Below are positions 17,363 through 28,554 of a stretch of DNA of 58,316 nucleotides, one piece after another; positions within the stretch are counted from its first letter, which is position 1; each line of letters begins with the position of its first letter. The DNA is taken from the NCBI GenBank assembly GCA_964236955.1, contig CAXSGP010000016.1:1-58316 (forward strand), in the 5' to 3' direction. A program made the position numbers and the translations under genes. The stretch is from an uncultured Oligoflexus sp. GTDB taxonomy: Bacteria > Bdellovibrionota_B > Oligoflexia > Oligoflexales > Oligoflexaceae. The notes under the pieces were generated by a model. The model did no database searches. It was not told where the DNA came from and saw only the letters and a program-made list of their open reading frames with translations.

Positions 17363-18400
17363 TTAGCCATAGAAGCGAGCCATTTCGGCAAGAGTCTTCT
17401 GGCGAATTTTTTTAGCATGCCCTGCTTGTCCAAATTGCACCATGCGCTCGGCACAGATCGTCTTCATCGCTTCACGCGCCAGACTATTATAAAAGCGCGG
17501 GTCGAATTCTCCCGGCTTTTCCGCGAAGGCCTTGCGGATGGCGCCAGTGATTGCCAAACGGTTGTCCGTGTCAACGTTAATCTTGCGGACACCGTTTTTG
17601 ATGCCTTCCTGAATTTCCGAAACCGGCACGCCCCAGGTCTGCTTGATGTTACCGCCGTACTTATTGACGATTTCCTGCAGGTCCTGAGGAACCGACGACG
17701 ATCCGTGCATAACGAGGTGCGTGTTTGGCAAACGTTTATGGATCTCACGAACGCGGTCCATCGCGAGAATAGCGCCATCGGGCTTGCGTGTAAATTTATA
17801 AGCGCCATGGCTGGTGCCAAGCGCGATAGCTAGAGCATCGACCCGAGTCGCTTCGACAAAACGTGCGGCTTCTTCCGGATCGGTCAAGAGTTCGGAGTGG
17901 CTCAAGACACCTTCAAAACCATGCCCGTCTTCAGCTTCACCGCTGCCTGTTTCCAAAGACCCTAAACAGCCAATTTCGCCTTCCACCGAAACTCCAAAGG
18001 CATGGGCAATATCGACAACCTTGCGGGTGACTTTTGCATTGTATTCAAAATCCGCAGGAGTCTTCCCGTCTTCCTTGAGAGATCCATCCATCATGACTGA
18101 GGTAAAGCCATTGCGAATTGCTGAAATGCAGGTCTCAGGGCCATTGCCGTGATCCTGATGCATAACGATGGGGATATGGGGATAGAGTTCAACCGCAGCC
18201 CTCATAAGGCCGACCAGGTAGGCGTCTTGAGAATACTTACGGGCGCCGCGCGAAGCCTGAATAATGGCTGGGCTATCGGTTTCGTTTGCAGCCTCCATAA
18301 TGGCTTGGATCTGCTCCATATTATTGACGTTGAATGCTGCCACGCCATAGTTGTGCTCAGCGGCGTGGTCGAGTAGGACACGCAAAGGTATCAGAGCCAT
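17363..18400 (-). CDS. fba: Fructose-bisphosphate aldolase class II
   Basis: [41 protein letters not shown]. Confidence 0.97.
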   Translation of the reverse strand: MALIPLRVLLDHAAEHNYGVAAFNVNNMEQIQAIMEAANETDSPAIIQASRGARKYSQDAYLVGLMRAAVELYPHIPIVMHQDHGNGPETCISAIRNGFTSVMMDGSLKEDGKTPADFEYNAKVTRKVVDIAHAFGVSVEGEIGCLGSLETGSGEAEDGHGFEGVLSHSELLTDPEEAARFVEATRVDALAIALGTSHGAYKFTRKPDGAILAMDRVREIHKRLPNTHLVMHGSSSVPQDLQEIVNKYGGNIKQTWGVPVSEIQEGIKNGVRKINVDTDNRLAITGAIRKAFAEKPGEFDPRFYNSLAREAMKTICAERMVQFGQAGHAKKIRQKTLAEMARFYG

Positions 18401-18550
18401 TAGCTTTCTCCTTGTTGAATCGGTGCAGTCTGCCTGAGAAAGATATAACGATTTGTGGGAAAAAGTACAAGATGGTGGGGATGGGAATAAGACAAAAAGA
18501 CAAAGCGGCCAGGATTTTGGTCCTGACCGCGATGAATTTTTCGAAAGGTA

Positions 18551-19093
18551 TTATTTCGGGCAAACCGTGCCGATGGGCGGTGCGCCTGGGTTTGCACCGG
18601 CTGTGCTACCCGTGCCCCAGCTGTTAGCGTTCGACTCATTGAGAACAACGTTAAATTGAGGGTTACCAGGACAGACACGGTTGGCAGCGCCAACGCCTGT
18701 AAGAGCGATGGCGTTAAAGGTACCCGCTGCGGCTGGTAGGGCTACCGAGTAAGCAAAACGTGGTGTTGGTGCAGTAGCTACTGTCGAGCAAGGTTCGATT
18801 GAGAAACCGAGAGCCAACGCATTGACGTCTGGAATGCATTGGTTACCCGTTGGAGATGCAGCGTTAGCACCATATGCGCCAACAACCAAAAATATATTAT
18901 TATCCAAAGAATACGATTGCTCCAGGGTATAAACATGAGCCAGAACGTTCTGGGCTTCAGCCATTTTCGCCTTTGATTGGAACTGCTTAAACCGTGGCAA
19001 AGCCAAAGTTGCAAGGACTCCGATGATACCTACGACGATCATAAGTTCGACGAGTGAGAAACCTGATTGACCATTTCTTTTCATATACTTCAT
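18551..19093 (-). CDS. pilA: Type IVa pilin
   Basis: G|FSLVELMIVVGIIGVLA prepilin cleavage/N-methylation motif; four Cys in the globular domain. Confidence 0.9.
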   Translation of the reverse strand: MKYMKRNGQSGFSLVELMIVVGIIGVLATLALPRFKQFQSKAKMAEAQNVLAHVYTLEQSYSLDNNIFLVVGAYGANAASPTGNQCIPDVNALALGFSIEPCSTVATAPTPRFAYSVALPAAAGTFNAIALTGVGAANRVCPGNPQFNVVLNESNANSWGTGSTAGANPGAPPIGTVCPK

Positions 19094-19139
19094 CCGAAAA
19101 CCCCCTGAAATTAACTAAGAGAACTAACTTGCATGTTCT

Positions 19140-19168
19140 CTTTCGGGAGGCATTCGGAAAGTCTTTAG
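19140..19168 (-). promoter_or_regulatory. sigma28/FliA-like promoter
   Basis: CTAAA-N16-CCCGAAAG upstream of pilin. Confidence 0.5.
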
Positions 19169-19230
19169 CGGGCTTTGGAGGATATAGGACACACAGTGCG
19201 CATTAACGCATCATAACAACTGCTTAGCAA

Positions 19231-21210
19231 TCAATCTTTTTCATCGGCTAAGCTAATTTCCCGCGATAAAATCGGATATCGGCACCAAGAAGTGGGGTCA
19301 AGACTGTAGTCGTCGAGATGAAAGCACGGCGCATAACGCTGCCTTTTCCATTGGTTACGGCTCCATAATTGGTAGAATCGAGAAATGAATTTTTTCAAAG
19401 TTTTTGAATCGTAATCTGAATACTCGGCTCGCAGCGACTCAAGTACCGATTCTGGCTCCCTTTTATCCCTTAAAAAACCCGCCTCAATAGAATTCAGTAT
19501 ATCGTAGGGCATCAAATCCACCTCATCGGTCTGCGCCGCTTCCCGCGGCCGCAGCTCGGCCGTCGGCTCCTGAACATTGACGGAATTTAGCTCGGAAATT
19601 GGCCCTAAGCCTATTAAACAAGAGCTTTCCGCCCACTTCAGCCAACGCCTCAGAAACGCCTTGTCAATGCCACCTATCGGTGCAAGACCGCCGGCTGTAT
19701 CGCCATCCATGGTCGCATAACCCACGGCAATCTCCGAACGATTGCTCGTCGCCAGTAAAAGAAAGCCTTTAATATTAGCCAGCAGCCACACCATCGGCGC
19801 CCGCGTCCGGGCCTGAATGTTCTGCAGGGCCATATCATCCCTGGCCCAGCCGAGCGAGCGGCCGATCAGGGCTTCCGCGCTCTCTACGTAATGGTTGACC
19901 ATGGTCTGCACATTCACTTCAAAGTGCTCCGTGCCGAGCGCCTCTGCAAGTTTCTTGGCAGCAATACGGGTGACCTCCCCACTTTGATCGGTGGCCTGAT
20001 AAACTGTGGTCACATGCCTCCGGATCCACGCCCGCGGATCCTGCGGGTTCTGATCCGGCATTTCCCAATGGAGTTTTTGCGCCAGCAGCTCGGGGCCAAG
20101 CTCTTTCAGCGCTTCGGCAAGCGTATGCGCACAGAGCGTCGCTATCACGCTCGAATCGCAGCCGCCGCTGAGTGAAATGATATAGCCCTTGCTGGCCGAT
20201 TTACGCAGGTAATCAAAGAGCCCAACCTTCTCGGCCTGAACAAATTCCAACTCAGGAGTCGCATAGATATCCTCCGCCACGCCCTTCCAGTGCTCAAAAA
20301 TCTTCGGCATGGTGGCTGCAAGTTTTTCGAGCGCCTGGCCACTGACCGTTCGCTCGTCCCTGTCGGTCACGGTATTATCGAGCACCGATCGGTTTTTAAG
20401 TTTGGACACCCGCGCCAAATCAAGATCGATATCCCTGACCAGCAAAACCCCTTCGTTCAACTGAAAGCGTTTGGAGCGCCGCGATATTTTGCCAAATTCC
20501 CCGAGGAGAATTTCACCGTCATAGATGATCCGTCCACTCTCAAGACCCAGCATGTTCGTATAGAGATAAAACGCCTGAAAAGCGCGACTGGCATCAGCCA
20601 CCAGTGTTTCGCGGACGCGTGATTTGCCAAGAGCAAAATGAGAGGCGCTGAGGTTGACGACCAACTCGCAGCCAGAGAGCGAAGAGTCGGAAGCTGTGCC
20701 CTCGGAAGACCATGCTTCCTCACAAATGACAATACCGAGCTGCAGGTTGCCCAGGCGATAGGAAATATCGCCAAAGGCCACATCCTGACCCAAAAGGCGG
20801 ATGGCATCGACCCGATGAAAAGGCCAGGGCCGGAACCAGCGAGGCTCGTAGTGCACCCCTTCGCGGGTCAAAATCTTTTTAGCGTTGATGCCCAGTATTT
20901 TTTTGTTTTGCAGAATCGCCGCGCAGTTATACATGCTGCCGCGATGATACATGGGAAGGCCCACAATCACCGTGATGCCATCGGTATGGGAAAGGATACT
21001 CTCAAGTCCGGCCAGGGCCATGCGGGCCGTATGCACGCTTAGGAACATATCCTCACAGTTATAGCCCGTGATACTCAGCTCAGGAAAACAAACCAGTTGC
21101 ACCGCCTGCACCTTCGCCTCTTCGATAAGGACGGTTATGCGGCCGATGTTGCCCTCCCAATCGAATGGAATCTGATTGAGACTGGCACCTGCAATCCTGA
21201 GTGTATCCAT
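19231..21210 (-). CDS. nadE: Glutamine-dependent NAD+ synthetase
   Basis: Nitrilase domain (FPEL, ICEE) + SGGCDS, QNIQARTR, GYAT. Confidence 0.95.
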   Translation of the reverse strand: MDTLRIAGASLNQIPFDWEGNIGRITVLIEEAKVQAVQLVCFPELSITGYNCEDMFLSVHTARMALAGLESILSHTDGITVIVGLPMYHRGSMYNCAAILQNKKILGINAKKILTREGVHYEPRWFRPWPFHRVDAIRLLGQDVAFGDISYRLGNLQLGIVICEEAWSSEGTASDSSLSGCELVVNLSASHFALGKSRVRETLVADASRAFQAFYLYTNMLGLESGRIIYDGEILLGEFGKISRRSKRFQLNEGVLLVRDIDLDLARVSKLKNRSVLDNTVTDRDERTVSGQALEKLAATMPKIFEHWKGVAEDIYATPELEFVQAEKVGLFDYLRKSASKGYIISLSGGCDSSVIATLCAHTLAEALKELGPELLAQKLHWEMPDQNPQDPRAWIRRHVTTVYQATDQSGEVTRIAAKKLAEALGTEHFEVNVQTMVNHYVESAEALIGRSLGWARDDMALQNIQARTRAPMVWLLANIKGFLLLATSNRSEIAVGYATMDGDTAGGLAPIGGIDKAFLRRWLKWAESSCLIGLGPISELNSVNVQEPTAELRPREAAQTDEVDLMPYDILNSIEAGFLRDKREPESVLESLRAEYSDYDSKTLKKFISRFYQLWSRNQWKRQRYAPCFHLDDYSLDPTSWCRYPILSREISLADEKD

Positions 21211-21213
21211 CGT

Positions 21214-23007
21214 CTACATCCTTTCCGGGGGTTCGATGCCAAGCAGACTTAAGCCGTACTTCAACGCCACGGTGTAGGCTTCCGCCAAGTTCACGCGCGC
21301 CGATCGCAGATGGGCCGAGTCGGCTTTAAGAACCGAATGATTCGCCAGCGAGCGATTGTTCGCTTTACACATATTGAAAAGATGATGACAGAGCACGCTG
21401 GGTTTGTTGGATTCACAGGCCTGAACCACCACGTTATTAAGATCGTTCAGGTAGCGAAGCAAATCCTTTTCCTCAGGACTCGACAAGAGGGAAAGATCGG
21501 CATCGTCGGAAGCGACTCCACTTTCCAGCGCTTTTCTCAGGATAGAACGGGTCCGGGCATAGGCATACATCAAATAGGGGCCGGTATTGCCTTCGAAGTC
21601 GGTCCAGTCCTGCAGGTGAAAGACGATATCCTTCACGGGATCGGAGCAGACCATTCCGTAGCGTATCGTTCCGGTCGCGAGCTTATGGAGGGTATCCGCA
21701 ATCTCTGCTTCGCTCCATTGGCCTTGATACTTGTCGAGATGCTTTGACAGTTCAAGCCCCAGCCGGTTCCGCAGTTCGCTGAAGGTGATGATATTTCCCG
21801 TACGCGAAGACATCTTGCCGTCCGGCAGCACGACCATGCCGTAGGACAGGTGATAGCAGTTCTTCGCCTGCGGAAAACCCATTTTGTCCAGGGTCCGAAA
21901 CACCTGTTTAAAATGCAGGTTTTGCTCGGAAGCGACGACATAGATCGCCTTTTCAACCTTGAATTGGCTAAATTTCCGCCGGGCAAGGGCTAAGTCTTTG
22001 GTCGCATAGGTGGTGTTGCCATCGCGCTTTCGGAGAATGACAAAGCCAAGCTTTTCCTCCTTGAGGTCAAGACCAATCGCTCCCTCCGATTCAACGAACA
22101 CAGCCTTTGCCAGATATTCGTCGACGATCTCCTGACTCTCTTCGCTCACTTCCGACTCAGAGAACCAATGATCAAAGTGCGCCCCCGACCAGGCATAGAT
22201 CTCGTTAAAATCCTCGATCGACCACTGTCTGGTCTCTTTCCAAAGCTCGAAGGTAGGACCTGTTTTCGACTCGATCTCACGCAGGATCCTGGAGATTTCA
22301 GCGTTGAGCTGCTCCTTCAAGTCGGGCGCGGCGTCTTCGATCGCCAAGGTTGCCGACGCATACATCTGACCCAGCCAAGCGCCGAGCTGGCCATGAGCGG
22401 GGGCCTTTTGATTATTTTTGAGAATGTACCAGAGGCACTTGGCGATATGGGCGCCTTCATCGCCAATATAGTTGACCATCATAACAGGATAGCCACAGGC
22501 CTTATAAATGCGGCCGAGGCTGTCGCCCAGAACCACATTTCGCATATGTCCCACGTGAAAGGATTTGTGCGTATTGGGCTGCGAATATTCGATCATCACG
22601 TTAGGCCGCGCGGCATGGTCACGTCGATTGCGCTGCTCCATGGCTCCACTCAAAAACGCCGGCACCAGATATTGGGCCAGAGCCGATGTGGGAACATGAA
22701 TATTCAAAAAAGCGCCAGCCGTTTCGATCTTTTCGATCCACGGTGAGCCGGCGGCGGCAAGCGCCTTAGCCAACTCGTCGGCCACCTCCTGCGGCTTTCG
22801 TTTCAATTCTTTGGCTATACGAAAGCAAGGCAGCGCGTAATCACCCATGTGGGCTTCAGGGGGGCGTTCCAGCATCGAATAGATGGAAGCCACTTCCAGA
22901 TTGGCAGGAAGTGCTGGCACGGAAGAGGCGAGTGCTTGCTGAACGGCAAATGCAACCTGAGCTTTGGAATGATCATGAAGCTGATCAATCGCGGAACTAT
23001 AAGCCAT
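21214..23007 (-). CDS. argS: Arginine--tRNA ligase
   Basis: EYSQPNTHK.FHVGH, KMSSRTG, GPYLMYAYAR, PERM C-terminus. Confidence 0.97.
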   Translation of the reverse strand: MAYSSAIDQLHDHSKAQVAFAVQQALASSVPALPANLEVASIYSMLERPPEAHMGDYALPCFRIAKELKRKPQEVADELAKALAAAGSPWIEKIETAGAFLNIHVPTSALAQYLVPAFLSGAMEQRNRRDHAARPNVMIEYSQPNTHKSFHVGHMRNVVLGDSLGRIYKACGYPVMMVNYIGDEGAHIAKCLWYILKNNQKAPAHGQLGAWLGQMYASATLAIEDAAPDLKEQLNAEISRILREIESKTGPTFELWKETRQWSIEDFNEIYAWSGAHFDHWFSESEVSEESQEIVDEYLAKAVFVESEGAIGLDLKEEKLGFVILRKRDGNTTYATKDLALARRKFSQFKVEKAIYVVASEQNLHFKQVFRTLDKMGFPQAKNCYHLSYGMVVLPDGKMSSRTGNIITFSELRNRLGLELSKHLDKYQGQWSEAEIADTLHKLATGTIRYGMVCSDPVKDIVFHLQDWTDFEGNTGPYLMYAYARTRSILRKALESGVASDDADLSLLSSPEEKDLLRYLNDLNNVVVQACESNKPSVLCHHLFNMCKANNRSLANHSVLKADSAHLRSARVNLAEAYTVALKYGLSLLGIEPPERM

Positions 23008-23154
23008 TGTGATGTACTTTCTATGACGGAATCTTCGCTGCCTTTAGCAGTAAAAAACCTAACACAAGCCGGCAGTCGGTGTCAGCAGCGAGGAGATTAT
23101 GTCCCGCTCTTTTTTCGAGGGCTTTTGTTAAGTAGGTCCTTTGGGAGGAAAGCC

Positions 23155-24669
23155 ATGCAAAATCTCACTCGCACCGCTACCGTTAATGGCACGCAGGCCG
23201 TCTTAGTCAGCATTGAATGCACGACCACCAGTGGCTTCGCTGGGCAGCAAATGGTGGGAAACATCAGCGATTTATGCCGCGATGGCAAAGAGCGCGCCAA
23301 GACCGTCCTGGAAAACCTTGGCTATAAAATGGGCCACAAAAGAATTCTCATCAATTTTGCCCCTTCCGATTGCAAAAAGGAGGGCAATCACTTCGATCTG
23401 CCCATCGCCATGAGCCTGGCGGCTCTCCTGGGCAGCAAAGACCTTGTTCATAACCCCAAAGACTGGCTTTTTGCTGCGGAGCTGGGTCTCGATGGATCCC
23501 TGCGCCCCACGCGTGGCATCGTGCCTTTGATCCTCACGGCTATTGAACACGGATTAAATGGCGTTGTCGTTGCTGAAGATAATGCCGACGAGATGCTGGC
23601 TCTGCAGCAGGTGGCCAAGCTGCACGGCAAAAATTTTCGCTATCTGTGTTTTCGAAGCCTTGCTGATGTCCTAAACTGGGCCATTGAAGGACTTAATCCG
23701 CCTTCTCCTGCTGAAGAAAAATCACCGGTTGAACTTCCCGCCCTTAGCAATTTTGATGACATGTATCTGACGGAAAAACTGCAGAGGCTGGCGGTTTGTT
23801 TTGCCAGCGGTCGCCATAGTCTTCTCCTAAGGGGCACCCCGGGTTGTGGCAAATCAATGTTTGCCCAGCGTCTGCCGAGTTTGCTCCCCCTGCTCTCGGA
23901 GGCTATTCATCTCGATGCCCTGCGGATTCATAGCCTGATCAGCGATCGTATTCCCGTGGCGATTCTTCGCGGTCATGCCCCCTTTCGTCAACCGCACCAT
24001 AGCACCCATCCCCTTGCGTTGCTTGGCACTGCAGAAACACCTGGGGAATTATCGCTAGCCCACGGCGGTGTGCTTTTTCTGGATGAGCTGCCTGAATTCC
24101 GCCGGGATTTGCTTGAGGCTTTGCGCGAGCCCCTGGAGACGGGGCATCTCTTTATCTCCCGGGCGCAAAAAAAATCGACTTGGAAATCCCGGGTGCAACT
24201 GGTTGCGGCCTGCAACGAATGCCCTTGTGGATATACCGGCAGCAAAAGGGTGGAGTGTTTGTGTTCCAATACCAGGGTCATGGCCTACACCAGTAAAATG
24301 TCAGGCCCCCTTTTGGAACGCATTGACATGCATTTTCATATGCCTGAACTCAAGCCCTCTTTGTTCGCTCAAAGCGTTCCCAAACAATCCGGTGATTTGC
24401 TGGGTCATGTGGCGCGCTCGCGGAATTTTATGCATGAGCGTTGGGGAAGTGAGCGGAACAACAGCGAGGCAAGTCTGGAAGATATTCTGGAATGCAGTCG
24501 TTTCGGCGACCAAAAGCGCCAGTCTCTCATGGAAGATATGGAAAAAATGAAAATATCGTCCCGCTCCACTTTACGGCTCCTTCGGGTCGCCCGGACTTTG
24601 GCGGATATGGATCTAAACCCAAGCCTGGAAAGCAAGCATATCATGGAAGCGGCAGCCTTGCGCCCCTGA
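23155..24669 (+). CDS. comM: ComM/YifB Mg-chelatase-like AAA+ ATPase
   Basis: GGGAGG SD; FDLPIA, ELGLDG, GTPGCGKS, PGELSLAHGGVLFLDELPEF, CPCG. Confidence 0.92.
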   Translation: MQNLTRTATVNGTQAVLVSIECTTTSGFAGQQMVGNISDLCRDGKERAKTVLENLGYKMGHKRILINFAPSDCKKEGNHFDLPIAMSLAALLGSKDLVHNPKDWLFAAELGLDGSLRPTRGIVPLILTAIEHGLNGVVVAEDNADEMLALQQVAKLHGKNFRYLCFRSLADVLNWAIEGLNPPSPAEEKSPVELPALSNFDDMYLTEKLQRLAVCFASGRHSLLLRGTPGCGKSMFAQRLPSLLPLLSEAIHLDALRIHSLISDRIPVAILRGHAPFRQPHHSTHPLALLGTAETPGELSLAHGGVLFLDELPEFRRDLLEALREPLETGHLFISRAQKKSTWKSRVQLVAACNECPCGYTGSKRVECLCSNTRVMAYTSKMSGPLLERIDMHFHMPELKPSLFAQSVPKQSGDLLGHVARSRNFMHERWGSERNNSEASLEDILECSRFGDQKRQSLMEDMEKMKISSRSTLRLLRVARTLADMDLNPSLESKHIMEAAALRP

Positions 24670-24785
24670 TGGTTGCGCCTCCTGAAAGACTGCAATCTTA
24701 AACCGCAAAAAAGGACAGCCACCCTGAGGCAACCATCCGAATACACAACAAAACACAGCAACAGGATTGAGGAGAGTTTCAAGAC

Positions 24786-25313
24786 CTACCGATCGGCAAG
24801 GGATTCCTGGCAAAGTCTGTCTACTTTTTGGATAAGGTCCTTCGTTTCAAACGTTGCGCCACCTGACGCAGCCACCAAATCTTTGAGGGGCTTAGGACTG
24901 GCTTGCTCGCCCAACCAAAGCATGGAAACTTTGATGTCAAGCAATTTGGCGACGGATATAACCTTACGTGATTTTTCTTGGTCCCATTCCGGTTTACCAT
25001 CGAGAACCAAGAGGATATGGCTATGGGCCAGAGTTTGAGAGATAAATCTCAATTCTTCAACATTGTTGATGATGATGCTTCGATCTGAAGTGTTGAGAAC
25101 GTCAGCATAGGCGCGGGCCGGTGGGATAAACCGGGCCTGTCCCTGAACATCCAAAACTAAAAAGGCAGGTGTCGGCAAGAGGGTCAGGGCGCCGATAAGA
25201 TTCTCGCTGTGCTCGACCTTGGGGCCGGCAGTAGAACAAATGAGGGATGGGCGGATCCCTGCTAAAAGGGTTTCCCCGACTAAAAGCCAGCTTAAACAGA
25301 GCCACAACCGCAT
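24786..25313 (-). CDS. Secreted protein, possible partial vWA-like fold
   Basis: GGAGG SD, signal peptide; ILLVLDGKP...KVSMLWLG...LVAASGG resembles a vWA C-terminal half. Confidence 0.6.
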   Translation of the reverse strand: MRLWLCLSWLLVGETLLAGIRPSLICSTAGPKVEHSENLIGALTLLPTPAFLVLDVQGQARFIPPARAYADVLNTSDRSIIINNVEELRFISQTLAHSHILLVLDGKPEWDQEKSRKVISVAKLLDIKVSMLWLGEQASPKPLKDLVAASGGATFETKDLIQKVDRLCQESLADR

Positions 25314-25472
25314 AAAGCCTCCAGAGCAACATTCACAAGCTTTATTTTGCAAGATGGAGACCAAATCTGTAGGATTTAGCTGGCGCGAAATCAGAGGCTT
25401 AGAGACGACCTTTCGTCGCTGCCCGACCATGTTACGAACTGCTGTCAAAGAATGTTACAGAGGACAAGGGCC

Positions 25473-26585
25473 ATGACTCAGGATCTGGATGCTTGGCGAC
25501 AAGAAATACGAGCGATCGACAACGAAATCATCCGCATCACTGCGCGCCGCATGGAGCTGGCTCTGAAAATAGGGAAGTTCAAGGTCGATCATCAGTTGCC
25601 GGTCAAAGATTTTCGGGTTGAAAAGGAGATCATCGAACGGGCCCGGCTTAAAGCCGAAAGCCTCGGAATCGCCCCCGATTTTATCGAGGATCTGATGACT
25701 TTGCTTATGGGTCACTCGGTCAATGAACAAAACAAATTGCATCGCTCCCAGCCGAGACTTCCGGACCGGCAGCTGAGTGAAGTCTTGATTGTTGGTGGCC
25801 TCGGGCGCATGGGCAGATGGTTTTCCCAGTACTTTCAATCGATAGGCTTTCGTATATCGATTCACGACAAACGCGTGGAAAACCTTCCGGAGTCCTACAA
25901 TACCCACCCGAATATGGAAGTGGATCTCGATCGCTATGAGCTCATCCTCCTCGCCTGTCCCATGAAAGCCTCGGCAAAGCTGCTAAAAAACCTCGCACGA
26001 CTCAAACCTCGGGGCATGGTTATCGAAATGGCTTCGCTCAAATCCCCCGTGCTTGAAGGTATTCGGGACCTGCAATCGGCTGGATTAAAGATCGCCTCCA
26101 TTCACCCTCTCTTTGGGCCTGACACCGACCTTCTGCTCGACAAGAATATTCTCATCTGCACGGGCGAGGGCCTGAGTTCAAAGGAAGCGGCAACTCTCTA
26201 CTTTCATTCGACCTCGGCCAATCTCGTCGAAGTTGATCTCAACGCCCACGACCAGGAGATGCTGGCCACGCTCGGTCTGGCTCACTTCGTCAATCTGATC
26301 TTCGGCGTGACTCTTAGTGAACAGACGATTAGCATGAAGGATTGCAGGCTAAAGGGCGGGTCGACCTTTTTGCAGCAGGCCCGCACGGCCCTCACTATAT
26401 TCTCGGAAAATCACGAACTTTATTTCGATATCCAAACCCTCAACCCCCATGGCCCCAAGCTCTTCAACCACCTTCAAAAAGTCCTCGATCGCCTGCGAGG
26501 TTTCGTCGAGTCGGGAGATCGGACGGCCTTTCTTCAGCAGATGGCGGATTCCAGGCACTACCTCGTGCAAAACGGCGAATCCTGA
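25473..26585 (+). CDS. tyrA: Bifunctional chorismate mutase / prephenate dehydrogenase
   Basis: N-terminal RQEIRAID..RRM..IG..K chorismate mutase; IVGGLGRMG, SLK, HPLFGP. Confidence 0.92.
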   Translation: MTQDLDAWRQEIRAIDNEIIRITARRMELALKIGKFKVDHQLPVKDFRVEKEIIERARLKAESLGIAPDFIEDLMTLLMGHSVNEQNKLHRSQPRLPDRQLSEVLIVGGLGRMGRWFSQYFQSIGFRISIHDKRVENLPESYNTHPNMEVDLDRYELILLACPMKASAKLLKNLARLKPRGMVIEMASLKSPVLEGIRDLQSAGLKIASIHPLFGPDTDLLLDKNILICTGEGLSSKEAATLYFHSTSANLVEVDLNAHDQEMLATLGLAHFVNLIFGVTLSEQTISMKDCRLKGGSTFLQQARTALTIFSENHELYFDIQTLNPHGPKLFNHLQKVLDRLRGFVESGDRTAFLQQMADSRHYLVQNGES

Positions 26586-26858
26586 CTTCCATAAACAGTA
26601 TATAACGATTGAATTTAATTGATTAAAAAGTGAATTAGCAGACTTAAGCGCCATTGCGGGATTCTATCATAAGAAACAAGAGTCGCAGAAAATAGAGCTA
26701 AAACATTCGCCGACCGGCAAAAATTTTGTCCGGAAAACCTCGCCGTCGTTGGGAGCAGCCCCTTGTAATTTTTATTGAATATGGCAAAATCATAACCGAC
26801 TCGAAGGCTTTTGTTATAGACTGAAGGGTGGCACGCGGCCACAGTGAAGCATTAGAGT

Positions 26859-27446
26859 ATGGAAAGATCCGCGAGAGTGGTATATATACAGCTTGATTCG
26901 GAGGCTTCAATGAGCACATCAAGTTGGCTTTCAAGTGACTCGACAATGGTACTGACTTTTCAGCTCCCTCGAAGCCGTTCGATTCCCTATTCCACTTTAT
27001 TTGAAAACAATACCTATCTCCGCATGCTGAATAAACTCCTGCAGCTCGAACTCGGTTCGATTGAAATGTATCGCCGCTGTTCCGAATGTTTGCAAATGGA
27101 AGGCGAATCGGTCGCCCAGGTGATTGAAGCGCATCGACAGCAGGCTAAGAATATAGTGAACCTTATCGTCTATAATCGCGGCATTCCCGAAAAGAAAGGT
27201 TTTTCCCTTTCACCGGAAATCGGCATGATAGCCCATGAATTAGGGCGCCACCTGGGTCGATCCTGGGCCTATCGCACGAGCTATGGAGCCTGTCTGCATC
27301 TCGAGCGCATGCTGCAAAGAAAATATGCGGCGGCTCTTACGGAAGCTCCTTACGGAGATCGTGGGATTCTCAATGATCATGTCAAACGAACCGGTAATCA
27401 CATTGAATGGCTTGCCACGTCCCGAGCGACCGATCAGCTTGAATAG
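26859..27446 (+). CDS. Ferritin-like (DUF2383-like) protein
   Basis: LNKLL..ELGSIEMY, HRQQ, E..L...Y, H four-helix pattern; true start probably downstream (about 26910). Confidence 0.6.
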   Translation: MERSARVVYIQLDSEASMSTSSWLSSDSTMVLTFQLPRSRSIPYSTLFENNTYLRMLNKLLQLELGSIEMYRRCSECLQMEGESVAQVIEAHRQQAKNIVNLIVYNRGIPEKKGFSLSPEIGMIAHELGRHLGRSWAYRTSYGACLHLERMLQRKYAAALTEAPYGDRGILNDHVKRTGNHIEWLATSRATDQLE

Positions 27447-27607
27447 TTAAGCTTTCGCCACTCCCTGAATGGGGAATTTCAAGGCTAAAGGGAATTGATT
27501 GGGATAATTCTGTTCGCTAGACCTTAAACCCGAGGCAAACATCGAAGGCTCAGAGACGCTGAGCCGGGCCCTTGGATGGCCCTCGCGACCCTCGTGCTTG
27601 TCACCTT

Positions 27608-28342
27608 TTACATCATCGACACAGCATCATGCCCCTGATCGACAGAATCGTTGAGGATGGGCTCAGAATCCACATGGTGTGGGGCTTCGTTCGCCGTCAG
27701 CAAACTCGGCAATCGCCCACCGGAACTTGCCTTCCAACCTTTGGAATAAGCCTCCGCTCCCAGAAGAACGATCTCTAGTTGATTGACCATTCTCTCAGCC
27801 AGTTCAATCCTTTGCTTGGCTGGAAGCTCAAGGGCCTCCATACCAAGATTGAAAATAACCGTGATCATCGTCTCGGCGACGAGTTCAGGGTTTAGAATAT
27901 CGCGTTGGCTGGCTTCCGATTCCTTGACGATATCTTCAGCAAGTTCTTCAACGAAGCGACGGGTTTCTTTTTTGATCTCCTTGCGGAAACCTTTTTGCTC
28001 GCCAAGTCGTTCGCCCATGAGCAGTCGGAAGTGCTGCTCGTTGTTTTCCAGATATTCCATAAAGGTCTCGACCGAGGTGCGAATCACACCGCGACGAACC
28101 CGGGCGCGACGTCGAGCTTGGCGCAGAAGCTGTCTCAAGGTAAGGGAGACTTCATCGACCAGCGCCAGACCGAGATCTTCCATGTCTTTAAAGTGACGGT
28201 AGAACGAGGTCGGTGCAATACCGGCTGCTCGCGTCACTTCGCGAAGGCTGAGACATGCAAAGCCATTCGTCGTGCTGAGATTGAGGGCGGCCTGAATGAT
28301 ATTCTTTCTGGTCTTAGCCTTCTTCTCTGCCCTGGTTCCCAT
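27608..28342 (-). CDS. fabR: TetR-family regulator FabR/DesT
   Basis: RAEKKAKTR, LSLREVTRAAGIAPTSFYRHFKDMEDLGLALVDE. Confidence 0.88.
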   Translation of the reverse strand: MGTRAEKKAKTRKNIIQAALNLSTTNGFACLSLREVTRAAGIAPTSFYRHFKDMEDLGLALVDEVSLTLRQLLRQARRRARVRRGVIRTSVETFMEYLENNEQHFRLLMGERLGEQKGFRKEIKKETRRFVEELAEDIVKESEASQRDILNPELVAETMITVIFNLGMEALELPAKQRIELAERMVNQLEIVLLGAEAYSKGWKASSGGRLPSLLTANEAPHHVDSEPILNDSVDQGHDAVSMM

Positions 28343-28554
28343 AGACCCCTCCCCTAAGGTGTGCGTTCCGAGCCCCAAGCTTGCCTTGAAATCTCTGCTT
28401 TAGTCATTGCCTTTTTTGGCTAATTGCCCATTTGTTGGACAATTCTCAAGAGAAAAACACACAAGTACGCAGAAAACTTTATTGAAAAATTATTTCACGC
28501 CCAAATAAGATAGCCGATAAGACATGGAAGCCTTTGGTATGAGGACCATTTGCC

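Noticed and set aside
28455..28475. Possible FabR operator (GCGTAC half-site on the minus strand) upstream of fabR
   Set aside because: Only half of the palindrome matches
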